Positions 26,559 through 36,358 of a DNA stretch of 64,000 nucleotides are shown here, piece by piece (within the stretch, counting starts at the first letter, position 1; each line of letters begins with the position of its first letter). Both the position numbers and the translations under genes were made by a program. The stretch lies in sequence record SRR31156797_2854. One strand, given 5' to 3'. Below the pieces are notes generated by a model. That model worked only from the letters and a program-made list of their open reading frames with translations. It made no database searches and was not told the DNA's origin.

Positions 26559-27842
26559 TTAAAACAGGTATTTAATCATCAACTGTAAACGTTTACCTAC
26601 ACCAGAGTTATCATCAACATTTACACGTTCTAAAACCATGAATTCAACCCCTGTATTTACATTTTTTATAGGTGACCAAATTAAATTTATATGCCCAGCA
26701 CTACCACTTTTAATTTTATTTTCATCTCTGTATTTCGACGGCTCTATTGAATAATAGCTTAAATTTAAATTAGTTACCAATGTTTTAGAAAGATTTATAC
26801 ACAATCCGGTACCTAGATTCCAAGCAGGCATTGTTTCAAGTTTACCATCGTCATTCAAAACTGCAGAACTTTGAGTGCCTACTGTTGCTACAATTTGACT
26901 CCCCCATCCCTGTCCGTAGCTCGCCATCCATCTGAAGTAGTGTTTTTTCGTTCCAAAGTATTCTCTTCCACTAAAGCTAAAGCCCCAGCCGATTGCCGTT
27001 GTATTTGGCATAGCGCCCAAACCATCCCAACGGAGTTGAAATACTGAAGCACCTACCATCAATCGTCCACCCGCTTTCGTTTTCTTTGTGATTCTTCCAG
27101 CCAAAAGAGGAAGTTGTTGGCTAGATTGACCAACGGTATCCCTTCCATCTATACCCGGAAACTCGAGCATTTCCAGACCAATAGCATACATAAACTTGCT
27201 TCCAAGTTTGTCTTCCCAACGCGCTTGAGCTCTTCGCGTTCCGGTTAATGCATCACCCGCTGCAAAATCAATTGTAGTTGGAACAGCAAATAAATCTGAT
27301 TGCGTACCCCATGTTCTACCAATGAGTAATCGGCCTATTACACCGTAGGCATGGCGGAGTCTTGGTGCCTGATTAAACGGCCCTCGGTCAAGGTTGTAAA
27401 AGTCCATTTCAAAAAATATGCGATATGGACGCCCTGTCTCTGAAATACTTCTCACGTCAATATTAAAGCGCGATTCGCGGGCATGCATGTTCATATAGCC
27501 ACTTTGTGCGGGGCGTCCATCTCCGGCTACTGGTACGTTTTGTATTTCATATTGAAACCGATCGTATCCGCCATCAAAATCCTGGATGTAATCCAATTTT
27601 ACAATGCCACCTATAGCCATGCGGGCTTTGGAGCCAAACAAGGGCCAAGAGTTAGGGAAAGTAGCATCAACCAAATCTTGACCCGTATAATCAATCATGT
27701 TTTCTCTAAAATCGTCTATTCTGATTGAATCATTATTAGCCGTATTCAGGGTGTCTCCTGCTTGCCAAACTTGGCCAAGAGCGGGTACTACTGCAACGGT
27801 GCCCAGCACTGCGAGTAAAAAGGTTAGTTTTTTCATAATCAT
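26559..27842 (-). CDS. DcaP-like outer-membrane porin
   Basis: IGGIVKLDYIQD, ARESRF, FFEMDF, PRLRHAYG, NLIWSP and terminal KYLF. Confidence 0.8.
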   Translation of the reverse strand: MIMKKLTFLLAVLGTVAVVPALGQVWQAGDTLNTANNDSIRIDDFRENMIDYTGQDLVDATFPNSWPLFGSKARMAIGGIVKLDYIQDFDGGYDRFQYEIQNVPVAGDGRPAQSGYMNMHARESRFNIDVRSISETGRPYRIFFEMDFYNLDRGPFNQAPRLRHAYGVIGRLLIGRTWGTQSDLFAVPTTIDFAAGDALTGTRRAQARWEDKLGSKFMYAIGLEMLEFPGIDGRDTVGQSSQQLPLLAGRITKKTKAGGRLMVGASVFQLRWDGLGAMPNTTAIGWGFSFSGREYFGTKKHYFRWMASYGQGWGSQIVATVGTQSSAVLNDDGKLETMPAWNLGTGLCINLSKTLVTNLNLSYYSIEPSKYRDENKIKSGSAGHINLIWSPIKNVNTGVEFMVLERVNVDDNSGVGKRLQLMIKYLF

Positions 27843-27895
27843 TTTGCTTTTATTTGAGCTATTAGGGCAGTTTCTGTGAATAGCTTAGTAATCAA

Positions 27896-27933
27896 AACAG
27901 TGTGACGACTATAAAAAAAATCGACACACTGTT
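27896..27933 (-). terminator. Hairpin downstream of the amidohydrolase gene
   Basis: AACAGTGTG...CACACTGTT 9-bp stem. Confidence 0.5.
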
Positions 27934-27942
27934 ACATGATTA

Positions 27943-29604
27943 TTAATGCTTATGACCTTCTTCATTGGCAAAGTCGCAACAAGGAATCCCACCGCCGAAA
28001 TCTTCCGGAACAGCATAAAATTCTTGAGTCCAGCCTTCAATACTAAGTGGTACAAAACGGCTTTTCTCCTGAACTTCGAATCGTATAGGCTGACCAGCGC
28101 TAAATTCTTTTAAAGGTTCAGAATCTTTCATCACAATAATGCCATTCACCAACGCATGTGGAATTCCGGTTGATGGTTTAGTACCATTGGCAAAAGTTGC
28201 ATTATCTGTAACTGTTTCCGGGTTAAACATGGTAATATCAGCAACCATACCTTCCTGCATACGACCACGAACTTGCATAGATTTTAAGCCCATTTCCCCC
28301 AGTGGTTTTGCGTAGTTGTAACTGGTCATAGCTACTACCTGCATAAGTGGAACATTATTTTCTCGGGCTAAACGCAACACTTTTGCAAAAGAACCTGCAA
28401 AACGCGGATGAGTATTTGGTAAATCTTCATAGGGTGTATCCCAGCTAAGTCCAGCATCAGGAAATAGTGGCATACCGTCGCTGCCAACGGCAACACCTTT
28501 TAGTTTTACCCAATCTGCAACCCATTCTTCTTTACATTTATATACAATTACCTGACGTACAGGATCCTTTTTGAGCATTTCCTCACGAGATTCCTGGGTG
28601 TAGAATTCGAGGGTAACAACATCTTGTACCGTTTCTTCATACTTATTTCCAAGCGCTTTTACCCACACTTCGGGTTCAAGAAATACAGCATTAAGCGCGG
28701 TAGAACCGGCATTGTACGGATAAATCTCACCCCAAACATTGTAGCCTCTTTCACGCATTCTTATTAAAAGCTCGTGAACCATATTGTAACCCGGATTATT
28801 AAAATGGCAGGCAATAGCCGGTGCACCTAAAGCGGCAGCGTTGGACAGCATTTCCTGAATACCATTTATTTCTTCAGTATCCGTTCCAGGCGTGTTTCGA
28901 AAATGCATCCCGATTTGACGACCATACAATCCGGAAAGTTTCTGCAATTCGAAAATCTCACGAGCCGAAACACCCTCACGCATATATCCTACAGTTGACC
29001 CGATACCAATACCACCTTGTCGAAGTCCTTCATCAAGTAATGAAAGAATTTCATTGCCCTGTTCAAGTGTCGGCCTTGTTTTTGACCAACCATCTTTTTC
29101 ACGGGTGTATAAAGCATCTGGCGTATATAGGTATTTCCAATCGTTAAAGCCATCTAACACAGCTGCGCGGGCAAACTCATGAGCAACTGCAATACCAAAA
29201 TTAATTGGCGAATTGCCTTCACGTCTTTTATACCACTCGTCTAATTTAGGCCCGTGAGCACCAATTTCCAAATCCATTATGGTTGTGCGCCCATCACGAA
29301 GCATGTTACGGTATGCGTAAGGCTCTATCCCATGCTGGTGTCCATCGATAAAGCCTGGAGCAACCACCAAACCTTTAGCATCAATACTTTCTTTACCATT
29401 TATGGATGCTTCGGTTATGATGGCAATTTTACCATCTTTAATACCTACATTTCGTACGGCATCAAAATTGGTTTCGGGGTCCATTACCCGGCCATTTAAA
29501 ATGACCACATCAAATTCCTGATTCGGATCTGCTTGTTTCGGTGTTTGCTGACAGCTCGTGAAAATAAGAGCTGAAATAAATAAGGCAAAAATTGTTCTTT
29601 TCAT
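27943..29604 (-). CDS. Amidohydrolase lipoprotein, N-acyl-D-amino-acid deacylase-like
   Basis: Lipobox FTSC, VAPGFIDGHQH, EIYPY, GSDG, HPRFAGSF and GRMQEGMVADI. Confidence 0.85.
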   Translation of the reverse strand: MKRTIFALFISALIFTSCQQTPKQADPNQEFDVVILNGRVMDPETNFDAVRNVGIKDGKIAIITEASINGKESIDAKGLVVAPGFIDGHQHGIEPYAYRNMLRDGRTTIMDLEIGAHGPKLDEWYKRREGNSPINFGIAVAHEFARAAVLDGFNDWKYLYTPDALYTREKDGWSKTRPTLEQGNEILSLLDEGLRQGGIGIGSTVGYMREGVSAREIFELQKLSGLYGRQIGMHFRNTPGTDTEEINGIQEMLSNAAALGAPAIACHFNNPGYNMVHELLIRMRERGYNVWGEIYPYNAGSTALNAVFLEPEVWVKALGNKYEETVQDVVTLEFYTQESREEMLKKDPVRQVIVYKCKEEWVADWVKLKGVAVGSDGMPLFPDAGLSWDTPYEDLPNTHPRFAGSFAKVLRLARENNVPLMQVVAMTSYNYAKPLGEMGLKSMQVRGRMQEGMVADITMFNPETVTDNATFANGTKPSTGIPHALVNGIIVMKDSEPLKEFSAGQPIRFEVQEKSRFVPLSIEGWTQEFYAVPEDFGGGIPCCDFANEEGHKH

Positions 29605-29655
29605 GGTTTAAATTTATTTAATAAAACAGCTTTGATTAATGTAAAATTATATTAA

Positions 29656-30645
29656 TTATTTGTTTTGTGCCATTAAATAATAAAAGTCGTATATGGTCCG
29701 GCTAATTTCCGCAATAGCTCTATCCTGATCAGATGCACTAGTCGTGCTGCTCTTGGTGTATACCACAATCGCAAAACGTCGGCCATCGGGCAATGTTATG
29801 AAACCCACGTCATTAGCAACACCACCAATTGTGCCTGTTTTATGAGCTACCGGAGTTGCTTTTGGCAGAATACCTCTTAGTCTTCCTTTACCTGTGTGTG
29901 TACGAGACATGGTAGCAAGCAGGAATTCGCGACTTTTCTCACTCAACACCTTTCCACTATCAATAGCCAGAAGCAGTTGCAACATTGCTTTTGGTGTTGA
30001 TTGGTCACGAGGGTCCTTTTCGAATTCCATGTTTGGTTGAGTCATTTTTAATAGAAGCGATGGATCTTTGGCCGCTGATTCGGCAACTACTAATGGGGTA
30101 GCCTTGTCCGGTAAACCATAGAAGTCTCTTAAAATTTCGCTGGTATAGCGATCAACTCGTTGCTCTGTTATTCCTATACTTCGTAACATCTTCGTTACCG
30201 CTTGAGGACCTCCTGCTAGTTTTAGAATGACATCAGTCGCCGTATTGTCACTTTCCGTTATCATCACTTCGAGTAAATTTGCGACAGAAAACTTTATACC
30301 TGGATGAATATAGCTCTCTGCGATCGCATTGTTGCCTGCGACCAACATTTCTGGTGGAACATCAATTAAGTCGGTAAGCTTAAGCTGGCCTTTATCGACA
30401 AGGTCGAGTACGGCTACTGCAATCGCAACTTTATAGGTGCTTGCCATAACAAACGCTTCATCGCCGTTTACTGTTACACTCACACCAGAGCCAATTTCCT
30501 GTGCAGCCACGCCGATGCGGCCAACTAGCCTCTGCGTAAGATTCTCAAGAATTACTGGGTCAATTGTTTCATTTGTTTTTGTTTTTTCTTGACCGTAGGA
30601 TAAGGATACCAAGAAAATAGATAAAATAATTAGATGATTTTTCAT
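29656..30645 (-). CDS. Class A beta-lactamase homolog with an atypical Omega loop
   Basis: ASTYK (SxxK), ESDNTA (SDN), HKTGT (KTG) and DPRDQSTP, but DRYTSEIL where DRxEPELN is expected. Confidence 0.85.
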   Translation of the reverse strand: MKNHLIILSIFLVSLSYGQEKTKTNETIDPVILENLTQRLVGRIGVAAQEIGSGVSVTVNGDEAFVMASTYKVAIAVAVLDLVDKGQLKLTDLIDVPPEMLVAGNNAIAESYIHPGIKFSVANLLEVMITESDNTATDVILKLAGGPQAVTKMLRSIGITEQRVDRYTSEILRDFYGLPDKATPLVVAESAAKDPSLLLKMTQPNMEFEKDPRDQSTPKAMLQLLLAIDSGKVLSEKSREFLLATMSRTHTGKGRLRGILPKATPVAHKTGTIGGVANDVGFITLPDGRRFAIVVYTKSSTTSASDQDRAIAEISRTIYDFYYLMAQNK

Positions 30646-30871
30646 GATTTAAATTTTAATTGGATTTATAATTTTTGTTGTTTGACTACATGCCGGCATA
30701 TACAATGCAAGAAAAAGTGTACACACTAATTTTAGTTTTCATAGTTTTAAAATTTGAATTTAATTATTTCTAATAGTGCTTTCTTAAAGCGAGTTTATAA
30801 ATAAAAGACATATGTCAATATCAAGGTGCTTTGTCTTTTTCAGCATGAAACACAACGATGAGATAAACCTA

Positions 30872-32056
30872 CTAAGCCGTTAATTTTAACTGCTCAGCAG
30901 CAAGATACTGCGAAGGTGTCATGCCGGTCATCTGCTTAAAAATACGGTTGAAGGTGGCTTTGGAATTGAAGCCTGCATCATAAGCCAGGCTCATTAGTTT
31001 CAGATGTTTGTTTTTGGGATCAGCCATCAGGCTTTTAACCTCATTCACGCGGTAGTCGTTAATAAACTCGTAGAAGTTTTTGTTATGCACCTTATTAATT
31101 ACCTCCGATAACTGGTTCCTGGAAATCTCTAAAGAATCTGCAAGTGCAGGGAGGCTGAGCTCAGGATTCAGATAGGGTTTTTCTTTTTGGATATAACTCA
31201 CTAATTGGTCGTCGAGTTTGTTCAACTGGGGATTGTTGGCATTTGTATCTACCTCAGCATCTAAACCCGGAATAACTGGAGATTCTTCTTCAGGTTCCCG
31301 CATTACAATTTTGCCTTTGGGTTCAAACTCCATTTCCAGTTTAAAAACCTCAGGACTTTTCAGGGCGGCATAACTGATCACATAAATCACAACCGCAAGT
31401 ATCAGGTAGGTGATGGCAAACAAATCTACACCAAATTCGATATTGAAATACCTGAGGTGAATATCAATGATCCCTGCGATCCATGAAAGCAAATTCAGGG
31501 AAATACCAATGTACAATACCTTGATAATGCTTTTGTGAATCGTGGAGACATAATCCGTGATTTTTTTCTGGTACTTTCTTATCAGTAAAATGGCAAGAAT
31601 GGAATATACAATTCCCTGTAATGCAATGACCTCATTTAAGATAGTTAATATGGTTTCATGGTAAAGCGTCGGGTTTGCATGCATTTCCAATTTTTCTTCC
31701 ACCGGGCTGAGGAAAAAACCCATTAACATGATAATACCTGCAAAAAAGGGAATAAAATGGAGCAGATCTTTTGGGTTAAATACAGTATGCCTTGTTAAAA
31801 GATACTTTACCTGGAGAAACAACAACGGGAAAAAACACAGGATAAGCTGATCGAACACATACAGAAGTTGAGGGTACTTTTGATACAACCCTTTTTCCTG
31901 CAGTGCAAACACCAGCAAAACAATACTCCAGAACAGCGTTAGTAATCCCAACAGCCGATTGGAAATTTTATTGGTCCTGATGGAGAACAGAAACACCGAC
32001 AATAAAAACCCCTGCAATGCCCCGCCATAAAATATGACCTGAATGATTTCACTCAT
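30872..32056 (-). CDS. Membrane-anchored AraC-family regulator
   Basis: Several N-terminal TM helices and a C-terminal YLNPELSL...NFYEFINDYRV...AGFNSKATFNRIFKQMTGMTPSQY. Confidence 0.9.
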   Translation of the reverse strand: MSEIIQVIFYGGALQGFLLSVFLFSIRTNKISNRLLGLLTLFWSIVLLVFALQEKGLYQKYPQLLYVFDQLILCFFPLLFLQVKYLLTRHTVFNPKDLLHFIPFFAGIIMLMGFFLSPVEEKLEMHANPTLYHETILTILNEVIALQGIVYSILAILLIRKYQKKITDYVSTIHKSIIKVLYIGISLNLLSWIAGIIDIHLRYFNIEFGVDLFAITYLILAVVIYVISYAALKSPEVFKLEMEFEPKGKIVMREPEEESPVIPGLDAEVDTNANNPQLNKLDDQLVSYIQKEKPYLNPELSLPALADSLEISRNQLSEVINKVHNKNFYEFINDYRVNEVKSLMADPKNKHLKLMSLAYDAGFNSKATFNRIFKQMTGMTPSQYLAAEQLKLTA

Positions 32057-32076
32057 GATTACCTGTGAATATGCTA

Positions 32077-32263
32077 CAAATTTAATAATGCCTGTGAGTT
32101 ATGATGAGAAAAAGTATCAATTTTCGATTTTACAAACCCAATACACCAGTAATTTCGATTGGCTTTAACTTACATGCATCAGGCTTACCGGGTGTTTCCT
32201 ACCCAATAAGACGTCTCAACAGGTACTTTGCGCCCTGATCCGATCAGGCCGGATATACATTTG
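32077..32263. promoter_or_regulatory. Divergent promoters for the AraC gene and the LRR gene
   Basis: TAAATTTG on the minus strand (32077-32084) and TACATTTG on the plus strand (32256-32263). Confidence 0.55.
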
Positions 32264-32295
32264 CCACAATTCACAATTTATTAAACACAACATTT

Positions 32296-35200
32296 ATGCT
32301 CATGAAAAAATTTAACACTAAAACATTACTGATCGGTATCCTTATCGTTATCGGTCTTTTTGCTATTGTCTTTACTGTATTTGGCCAGAAAGCTTACGGC
32401 CAAAGAGTACTCGATCCACCAACAGACCTATATGCAACTGTTGAAGGAGAAAATGATGTGAACCTGTTCTGGACTGCTCCGTCTGCCGGCGGCTCAACCT
32501 ACCTGAACTGGGACAGCGGGGAAAACGAAGACTCATTTGGAAACTTCCTGGGGCCATACATCATGACTTTTGCTTCCAAATACGATCCCGTTCATATTGA
32601 AGCTTATGACGGATGGGAGCTTAAAAAGCTGCGCTTCTGGATTGTCAGTCCACTCGCAGAAGTAAAGCTGAAAGTAATGACCGGGCCGGATGCAACAGAG
32701 ATTTACAGCCAGGATGTTCAATCATTCAACTTAAACGCCTGGACAGAAATTGATCTCACTACACCGGTAACCATTGATGCTTCCCAGGAATTGTGGTTTG
32801 GGTTATATATTGATATGCCTGTTGCAGGGCCTGTAATGGGCACAGACAGCGGCCCGGCAATTGATGGCTATGGAAATATGTACCATTTCCAGGGAACCTG
32901 GTGGAGCGATTTTAATCTGAACTGGAACCTGCAGGCTTTTATCGAAAGCCCTTCAGATAACATGCGTGAGTCTTTGCTGGGATACAACGTTTACCGCAAC
33001 GATGTGAAAATTAATGATAATACGCATGGCAGCACATCGTATGTTGATGAAAACCTGCTGAATGGCAGCTATGATTATTATGTAACAGCAGTTTATGATG
33101 ATGGTGAATCGGTACCTTCAAATGAAGTGGAGGTTCAGATCAGTCAGCCGGTAGTTGCGTATCAGGATTCGATGGCACTGGTGGATTTGTACAATAACTG
33201 CGACGGACCAAATTGGTTAATAAATACCTTATGGCTCGAAGGTCCGGTGAGCGAATGGGCCGGCGTTGTCACTACCGGCACCAGAGTAACCCAGTTGTGG
33301 TTGCAATCAAAAGGAATAACGGGAGCTGTACCTGAGTCAATTGGAGATTTGACAGCCCTGAAAAAAATGGTTCTCTCTTCGAATCCGATTACTTCAATTC
33401 CCGAAACCATAGGCAATTTGAGTAGCCTTGAAATGTTATGGTTAGGTTGGACAGATATTACTTCAGTGCCTGAATCGATTGGTAACTTAAGCAAACTTAA
33501 CGAATTTCATTTGGGTTTGATGAATAATCCACTCACAAGTTTACCGGAATCATTTTGTAACCTTGATAGCCTGGAGTGGCTGGCCCTGGGTGGTAATGCT
33601 TTGACTTCCCTTCCTTCATGTTTTGGTAATCTGTCATCCCTCGAAACACTCTTTATCTGGGGCAATCAACTCACCGAACTTCCTGAAAGTTTTGGAAACC
33701 TCCAAAGCCTGTGGCACCTGGATATGGATTATAACCCCATTACTCACTTACCAGTAAACTTCGGTGACCTTGATAACCTGGAATCATTGAGAATGGAGGG
33801 GAACCTATTAACTGCACTTCCTGAATCGTTTTCCGATTTGGAAAACCTGGAGATTGTTTGGGGCAGGAATAATCAGATAGAAGCTTTACCTGAAGCATTT
33901 GGAAATCTTGATAGTCTTACATTTGTCAACCTAAGTTCCAATGTGATTACCGAACTCCCTGCATCTCTTTCTGATCTTGCCAGTATCAGGGAATTACTCT
34001 TCGACAACAACGAAATCGCTTACATCCCCGAGGATATTGGTAACTTATCTACACTGAAAGTGTTGGGATTGATTGGCAACAACATTCCATCTGTACCTGA
34101 ATCAATTGGTGACCTTAGTGCATTGCGCATACTCGGACTCGCCAGCAACTATATCCCATCGCTGCCCGAAAGTTTTGGCTACCTGACTGCCGACTCGATT
34201 TACCTCAATAATAACCTGCTACGGGAATTGCCATCTACCATGCTCGATAATCAATTCGATTTTCTTTTGACCTACCAAAACTTCCTTCAGTTCGGAAGTG
34301 TGGAGCCTTTTATTGGCAATGTTGAATACCTTTACGCTTATGCTCCGCAGGGCCTCATAGGAAACGATACCCTTGTTGAAGTAATTGATGGCCAGGAATT
34401 GAACTTCACACTGGAAGTAACAGGAGAAAACAATGTTTATCAATGGTACAAAGACAGTGTGATGATGCAGGGTCAAAACACCAATACGCTTACACTAACA
34501 AATGTTGACGCGGATGATGAAGGATTTTATTACCTGCAAGTTACAAATACACTTGCTACTGATTTGATATTAACGAGTCATCTGATCGAACTGACAGTTG
34601 GCGATTGCGAGCCGTGGACCTACAATGTAACCGGGTCTATCCATAGTGTGAACATTCCGGCATCGGCTACTCCAAATATCAACGGCGATCCACTCAATAC
34701 CGGCGACTGGATCGGAGTTTTCTATCTGGATGATAATGGTGAAGAAACTTGCGGTGGTGCTATGATGTGGTCTCCTTTTAAAAGGGGTGTGCTCAATGCC
34801 TACGGCGACGACCCCACAACGTCTGAAAAAGATGGTTTTGCCGAAGGTGAAGAATTCATCTGGAAGATGTACAGCTGTGCTGATGTAATGGCTTATGCAG
34901 CTATGGCATCATACGACCCTGAAATGCCCAACCAGCAATATTTCACTGATCTGGGCGCATCAGCACTTACAAGCCTCACCAATATTGCTTGTCAGGAATT
35001 TGAACTTATGGCAGGCTGGAACGATATCTCAAGCTACCTTCTTCCCAACGACCCATCAGTTGAAGCTATGCTAGCTGATGTGGCTGATAATATGCTGCTG
35101 ATGCGTAACCTCACCCAGGTTTACTGGCCGGGTGCCAACGTAAACACCATTGGCGACTGGAACACTGCATCAGGATATGCCATCAATTTTACCGATGATG

Positions 35201-36135
35201 TATCGTTGGACATTTGCGGAAATGCACTGGTGAACAAAACTCTGGATATCGACGAAGGTTGGTCTTACCTGCCTGTACCGTCAGAATGTGATGTGGATGT
35301 GAATGAAGTTTTTGCAGGACTCCAGGAAATTGTCATCATCCAGGACCTCATCGGTACCGAGCTGTACTGGCCATCCGAAGGTATTTATACGCTCACAACA
35401 CTTCAACCCGGAAAAGCTTATAAAATCAAAACCAACCAGGCTCTGACTGTAACTTTCCCTGAATGCAACGGCAGAACCAAATCATCTTACACCAGCACAA
35501 ACATCCTGAGTCTGGAAGCTGGTGAAATTGCCATGACACCATTCAGTGAAAGTGTTTCGATGAGCAAAAAAGCAATCGAAAACTTTGAAGCTGGTGATGT
35601 GGTTGTGGCTTATAATGAATCAGGCAAGGTTTGTGGAATGGCACAGATAAACGGTTACAGCAGCAAACAGGCCGTGGTTTTGTTTGGCGACGACCCGGCG
35701 ACGGAAGAAATTGAAGGCCTGGTTGAAGCAGAGGCGGTTATGTATAAATTGCATAAAACGGAAACTAGCGAAACTTTTGACCTGTATGCCGAATACAATC
35801 CAAATTTTGAAAATAATGACGGGCTCTTCAGGGATCAATCACTGGCAGGTATTCAATCATTCAAACTCCAGGCGAATTCAGTTGAAGAAATGTTTGGAAC
35901 TGAAGAACTCATCTATCCTAATCCTGCAAAAGAAATTGTGAATGTGTTAATTCCTTCAACGATCGAGGGAACCGCAAACATTGAGATTTTGAGCCTGCAG
36001 GGGAAAACCGTAATGCATCAACAAGTTAATACAGGCCCAGGAGTAATCAACATCAGTCATTTGGAAGCCGGCCTATACATGGTGAAAGTTTCAACTCCTG
36101 GCTTTATCAAAATTGAGAAACTGATTGTAAAGTAA
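32296..36135 (+). CDS. T9SS-secreted leucine-rich-repeat protein (Fn3, LRR, Ig, shared C-terminal module, CTD)
   Basis: Signal peptide, tandem 23-aa LxxLxLxxNxLxxLPESFGNL repeats, Ig motif YQWYKD...GFYYLQVTN, and IYPNPA...GLYMVK...KLIVK. Confidence 0.9.
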   Translation: MLMKKFNTKTLLIGILIVIGLFAIVFTVFGQKAYGQRVLDPPTDLYATVEGENDVNLFWTAPSAGGSTYLNWDSGENEDSFGNFLGPYIMTFASKYDPVHIEAYDGWELKKLRFWIVSPLAEVKLKVMTGPDATEIYSQDVQSFNLNAWTEIDLTTPVTIDASQELWFGLYIDMPVAGPVMGTDSGPAIDGYGNMYHFQGTWWSDFNLNWNLQAFIESPSDNMRESLLGYNVYRNDVKINDNTHGSTSYVDENLLNGSYDYYVTAVYDDGESVPSNEVEVQISQPVVAYQDSMALVDLYNNCDGPNWLINTLWLEGPVSEWAGVVTTGTRVTQLWLQSKGITGAVPESIGDLTALKKMVLSSNPITSIPETIGNLSSLEMLWLGWTDITSVPESIGNLSKLNEFHLGLMNNPLTSLPESFCNLDSLEWLALGGNALTSLPSCFGNLSSLETLFIWGNQLTELPESFGNLQSLWHLDMDYNPITHLPVNFGDLDNLESLRMEGNLLTALPESFSDLENLEIVWGRNNQIEALPEAFGNLDSLTFVNLSSNVITELPASLSDLASIRELLFDNNEIAYIPEDIGNLSTLKVLGLIGNNIPSVPESIGDLSALRILGLASNYIPSLPESFGYLTADSIYLNNNLLRELPSTMLDNQFDFLLTYQNFLQFGSVEPFIGNVEYLYAYAPQGLIGNDTLVEVIDGQELNFTLEVTGENNVYQWYKDSVMMQGQNTNTLTLTNVDADDEGFYYLQVTNTLATDLILTSHLIELTVGDCEPWTYNVTGSIHSVNIPASATPNINGDPLNTGDWIGVFYLDDNGEETCGGAMMWSPFKRGVLNAYGDDPTTSEKDGFAEGEEFIWKMYSCADVMAYAAMASYDPEMPNQQYFTDLGASALTSLTNIACQEFELMAGWNDISSYLLPNDPSVEAMLADVADNMLLMRNLTQVYWPGANVNTIGDWNTASGYAINFTDDVSLDICGNALVNKTLDIDEGWSYLPVPSECDVDVNEVFAGLQEIVIIQDLIGTELYWPSEGIYTLTTLQPGKAYKIKTNQALTVTFPECNGRTKSSYTSTNILSLEAGEIAMTPFSESVSMSKKAIENFEAGDVVVAYNESGKVCGMAQINGYSSKQAVVLFGDDPATEEIEGLVEAEAVMYKLHKTETSETFDLYAEYNPNFENNDGLFRDQSLAGIQSFKLQANSVEEMFGTEELIYPNPAKEIVNVLIPSTIEGTANIEILSLQGKTVMHQQVNTGPGVINISHLEAGLYMVKVSTPGFIKIEKLIVK
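33280..34290 (+). repeat. Coding tandem 69-bp LRR repeats
   Basis: Periodic PESIG/PESFG motifs in the protein translation. Confidence 0.85.
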
Positions 36136-36179
36136 TAGCAGTCTTGGGATAATATTCAAGGGGGATTTCAGGTTTGATT

Positions 36180-36213
36180 GGGCTGTTCCATAAAAGGGGC
36201 AGCCCTTTTTTAT
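36180..36213 (+). terminator. Intrinsic terminator
   Basis: GGGCTGTTCC-ataaaa-GGGGCAGCCC followed by TTTTTT. Confidence 0.75.
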
Positions 36214-36358
36214 TAAACCGCAAACCCTCAGGGTATAAGTGAATAATAACTCCGTTGAACGGAACAAATACGATGCTCTGTTTTATCGGGTGTTAAACTG
36301 TAGGAACCTTGGTCTTTTCCGGCTCATAAAATTCTTTCTTGAAAATTGTATGATCCCA

